This document shows, piece by piece, positions 59,707 through 64,000 of a stretch of DNA of 64,000 nt. Every line of letters begins with the position of its first letter. The first letter of the stretch is position 1. Origin of the DNA: Macrostomum lignano (Eukaryota); the NCBI GenBank assembly GCA_002269645.1, contig NIVC01000158.1, forward strand, positions 1 to 64,000, given 5' to 3'. Below the pieces are notes generated by a model. It was not told where the DNA came from. It searched no databases and saw nothing but the letters and a program-made list of their open reading frames with translations. A program made the position numbers and the translations under genes.

Positions 59707-62700
59707 TCACACGCGGCCTTTCACACCGGAATGGCTCGCCAGCGGCACCCCGTTGGCGCCGTGCCTGACTGAGTCGGCGGACACTCCGTAGGCCCTCAGC
59801 TGGTAGATGAAATAGTGCAAGGTGAGCATGTCCACCGGCCTGATGTAGTGGAAAGAGATGGCTGTGGAGCTGCAGCAGTCCAGGCCCTGAGTGAAATTTC
59901 ATGGAGTCGGAGTTTGACTTTATTTTTAAATGGAAAATCTTTTAAACTTTTTAAGCCACTTTCTTAGAAATTAGCTGGACAGAGCGAAGCAAAAGCTCAC
60001 CACTTTGATTGGATGGTAGTTGTACTTCCACAGCCAGAAATCCTTGGGCCAGTTCGCGTAGTCAATGTGGCTGGCAGCGTCGAAGGGGTGAAACCGCTCG
60101 CGTCCCTTCTCGTCTATCGAGTCCAGAATGCTCACGCCGACGTTCTCGAGGCAGTTGCCTGCGCAGAGGACATTTGATCAGTGAGACCGGGTGCCTACAT
60201 GTGTTCACAGAATATATTCTGTGACATGTGTTAGTATCTGTTTCTGATTTGTCTCTGATCTGTCTCTGATCTGTCTCTGGTCTGTCTCTGATCTGTCTCT
60301 GATTTGTCTCTGATTTGTTTTTGATTGTCTCTGGTCTGTCTCTGGTCTGTCTCTGGTCTGTCTCTGATTTGTCTCTGGTCTGTCTCTGGTCTGTCTCTGA
60401 TTTGTCTCTGGTCTGTCTCTGGTATGTCTCTGATCTGTCTCTGAAATCCCTATAATAAATATACAATATGGTCTGTGCAGTCATTTACTAAAATATTTTC
60501 AAGCTGGGCCTGATGTCACCAGCTTCTTCTCCCTTCAGTTTCCCAGCCAATCTGTCCCCAACTCACCCATATTAACATCCTCGGCGCCTCCGTGCTTCCT
60601 ACAAAAGTTATTTTCCTTTTTGAAGGCCTTCTCAACCAGAGCTTTGACGGCGGCTCTAGACAGAACGTAGCTGCCGCCTCCGGACATGTAACCATTCTTG
60701 GTGTACGGCCGGAACCGCCGGCCTGCAAACACCGGCTCCGTGGCCTTCGTGTTGCGCAGAAAATATCGCAGGTTGTCCACTATGATATAAGAGTCATCGT
60801 CTGCTTTCAGAAAGAAGTCGTAATCGTTGAGGTAATGCTCGTAGATGTACATGAAGGCCGCCTGGGTCTTGTCCCAGAGTTTGTCGCGGTCTTCCACCAG
60901 TTTCATGGCTGCGGGTTATTCAATTTTAGAGTTTTTAATGCCCTCATTCAGGCTTTTATTGCGCTCTACACTGTGTCCTTTATTGTGTTTTCATCGTTGT
61001 GTCTTTTCTTGTCTCTCATTGTCTTTCATTGTCTTTAATTGTGTCCTTCATTGTCTTTAATTGTGTCTTTAATTGTGTCCTTCATTAGCTTTCATTGTGT
61101 CTTTAATTATGTCCTTCATTGTCTTTAATTATGTCTTTCATTGTGTCTTTGTTGTGTATTTAATTGCCTTTCATTGTCTTTAATTGTTTCCTTCATTGTC
61201 TTTAACTGTCTTTAATTGTGTCCTTCATTAGCTTTCATTGTGTCTTTATTTGTGTCCTTCATTGTCTTCAATTGTGTCCTTCATTAGCTTTAATTGTGTC
61301 TTTAGTTGTGTATTTAATTGCCTTTCATTGTCTTTCATGGTGTCTTGATTTGTAACTTTGATTGCATCTTTTGTCCTTCTTTTGTGTCTTTATATTTTCT
61401 TTCATTGTGTCTCCGGTCGTGTCTGTAACTGTGTCCTTTATTTTACCTTTCATTGTGCCTTATGCTGCTGCTGCCAAGCTGTTTGACACCTTAATAGGTA
61501 AACTACCGCTGTGGCATCATTTCCTTACAGGCAGAGATTGCTGCTTCCCCATGGTCTCCCATGGCAACTTAATACGAAGTGGTTCTCTATGATGGGATTC
61601 TGGCAAAGTGGGTGTACTCTATCCTGAGCAGTTGGATTCTTCTTGCCCAACTCCTTGTTTGCCAAGGAAGGATGAAACAATGGCTTTGAATTAGCACCTG
61701 CTCCCGCTGTGAATGCTTGATTTATTCAGGAAGTACTTCAACCCTTTAAAGCCTGGGAATTGTAAAAAGATCTGTGGGTTTAGATAAGGTCTCTTTTTTG
61801 AATGGCAGCGTCTGATAATGTTATTGTATAGTTTTCTATCGGTAGTGCAGCTGTCAATCCGTCAAAAATGTGCTTCGTAATCCTCAATGCAGGTGGCACT
61901 CTGTAGCAGGTGTGGCACCGGGTTACACAGGTATCACTCTCAATGACAGGTATGGCATCCAGTTACACAGGTATCACTCTCAATGACAGGTGAGGTATGG
62001 CATCCAGTTACACAGGTATCACTCTCAATGACAGGTATGGCATCCAGTTACACAGGTATTACTCTCAATGACAGGTATGGCTCCCAGTTACACAGGTATC
62101 ACTCTCAATGACAGGTATGGCTCCCAGTTACACAGGTATCACTCTCAATGACAGGTATGGCATCCAGTTACACAGGTATCACTCTTAATGACAGGTATGG
62201 CATCCAGTTACACAGGTATTACTCTCAATGACAGGTATGGCTCCCAGTTACACAGGTATCACTCTCAATGACAGGTATGGCATCCAGTTACACAGGTATT
62301 ACTCTCAATGACAGGTATGGCATCCAGTTAAACAGGTATTACTCTCAATGACAGGTATGGCATCCAGTTACATAGGTATTACTCTCAATGACAGGTATGG
62401 CTCCCAGTTACACAGGTATCACTCTCAATGACAGGTATGGCTCCCAGTTACACAGGTATCACTCTCAATGACAGGTATGGCATCCAGTTACACAGGTATC
62501 ACTCTCAATGACAGGTATGGCTCCCAGTTACACAGGTATCACTCTCAATGACAGGTATGGCTCCCAGTTACACAGGTATCACTCTCAATGACAGGTATGG
62601 CATCCAGTTACACAGGTATCACTCTCAATGACAGGTATGGCATCCAGTTACACAGGTATCACTCTCAATGACAGGTATGGCGCCAACTCACACACTAGCG

Positions 62701-63061
62701 GCAGTCCGGTCGGCTTTGTGTTGCCAGTGTCAGACGAGAAGAAAAAATATCCATCACACCGGGGCGCCCAGGTGGCGTTGACGGCCCTGGCTTTGCTGTT
62801 GTAGTTCTGCGGCTGAGTCATCACCCAGCACAGGATTCGAACTCGGGCGCCGTCTGAGTCTTTCTCTTCGTGCAGCAAATTTGCTGGATGCTGTTTCTTC
62901 TGCGAAGCAGAAGATTCGTCTCCAACAAAGTTCAAAGAAGTTGGCAATCGAATCGAAGATGAGTTTCTGGATGCCAGCAGAGTCAGCAGAGCAAACAGGA
63001 GCCCCGTCATGGCCAGCACACAGAAGGCCAAGCAGATTCGTTTCAATCTCATTGGCCACAT
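59707..63061 (-). CDS. C1GALT1: Core 1 beta-1,3-galactosyltransferase (T-synthase), 349 aa
   Basis: Exons 62692-63061, 60567-60908, 60001-60158 and 59707-59886, with consistent phases. Type II TM anchor. Motifs are RILCWVMTQP, ATWAPRCD, LWDKT, FLKADDDSY, GYMSGGGSYVLS, AEDVNMG, RERFHPF and CCSSTAISFHY. Confidence 0.95.
60235..60445. repeat. 10-12-bp repeat (TCTGTCTCTG[A/G]), C1GALT1 intron 2
   Basis: Directly visible. Confidence 0.85.
60970..61400. repeat. Degenerate ATTGTGTCTTT-type repeat, C1GALT1 intron 1
   Basis: Directly visible. Confidence 0.8.
61915..62682. repeat. 40-bp minisatellite (CAGTTACACAGGTATCACTCTCAATGACAGGTATGGCATC), abutting the C1GALT1 exon 1 donor
   Basis: Directly visible, ~19 units. 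Confidence 0.97.
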
Positions 63062-63639
63062 TTTGCTAAGGTTTGATGGCGGCTGACTGCTTGTTGCACT
63101 GGCTGCAATGCTTTGTTCAGGCAAGAGATAATGCTTCAATTACATTTATCAATGCAGCAGAAGGCTCAGAGATATTTTTCAGTCTCTATTGTTCCGATCT
63201 GCAGCTGCTTAAGTCTGAAAGCGTACAGACTCTGCTTTCAGCTTAAAAGCAGCCAATTGCAGAATGAGAGGGGGTTATAGTTTCTGGAATGTTGTGTACA
63301 CTATAGCTAGCTCTGTCACTGTGGAGGTGGAATGCTACCGCAGATTTTAAGTAAAGTTTTGCTTTGCCTAAATATATATCTCTCTCTAACTCTCCTTCTC
63401 TCTTGTGCTCTCTGTTTCCCGCTTTTTTACACGCATTCAGTTCGGCTTTGTGGCGTACACTACGAGAATGAACGATCTTCTTGTAGCCAACCGTGGTCTC
63501 TGGCTTGGGGTAGCTGACTGGCTTAAATTAAAGTGTCACCGTTTTTATCTGTGTCTTTTAGGCCTCGAGTAAGAATAACGATCGGCTTGAGGTCTCGTAT
63601 GTAAAACAAGTATGAGATTCACAGGTTAATTAATAGATT

Positions 63640-64000
63640 CACAGGTGTAAGATTCTGAAATAAATAGATTCTTAGGTGTGAGATTCTCAAATGAATAGAT
63701 TTGTAGGTGTGATGTTGTCATATGAGAATGGATTCTTAGGTGTGAGATTCTCAAATGAATAGATTCTCAGGTGTGAGATTCTCAAATGAATAGATTCTCA
63801 GGTGTGAGATTCTCAAATGAATAGACTCTCAGGTGTGAGATTCTCAAATGAATAGATTCTCAGGTTTGAGATTCTCAAATGAATAGATTCTCATGTGTGA
63901 GATTCTCAAATGAATAGATTCTCAGGTGTGAGATTCTCAAATGAATAAAATCTCAGGTTTGAGATTCTCAAATGAATAGATTCTCAGGTGTGAGATTCTC
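63640..64000. repeat. 31-bp minisatellite (GATTCTCAGGTGTGAGATTCTCAAATGAATA), runs off the window end
   Basis: Directly visible. Confidence 0.95.

Overview
Eukaryotic (metazoan) genomic DNA with GC-rich exons, AT-rich spacers and introns filled with private micro/minisatellites. This architecture resembles a free-living flatworm such as Macrostomum, but that is an inference and the taxon cannot be proven from the window. I reconstructed seven protein-coding genes by hand: dlg1-like MAGUK (minus; MPVRKE exon, L27, PDZ1, PDZ2), AP2M1 (plus, 3 exons, 435 aa), a HOOK/CCDC88-like coiled-coil gene (plus, 12 exons, about 646 aa, one GC-AG intron), class II fumarate hydratase (minus), a Diaphanous formin (plus, 6 exons, about 1200 aa), an intronless class-A-like 7TM receptor (plus) and C1GALT1 T-synthase (minus, 4 exons, 349 aa). 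Mobile DNA includes a young mariner deletion derivative with ~199-bp TIRs, a tRNA-headed CORE-like SINE, a decayed Tc1/IS630-like element with a nested MITE, hAT-like and other MITEs, and two LINE relics. Most long ORFs in the supplied track are artefacts of tandem repeats. Several single-base deletions in short G/C runs frameshift dlg1, FH and the formin, and are most likely consensus errors. The most interesting hypothesis is that the FH exon encoding the mitochondrial presequence has no in-frame AUG and starts in phase 0 at an acceptor. That would fit initiation at a flatworm spliced-leader 3'-terminal AUG, with a downstream AUG giving the cytosolic form. No rRNA, bona fide tRNA or CRISPR array was seen.
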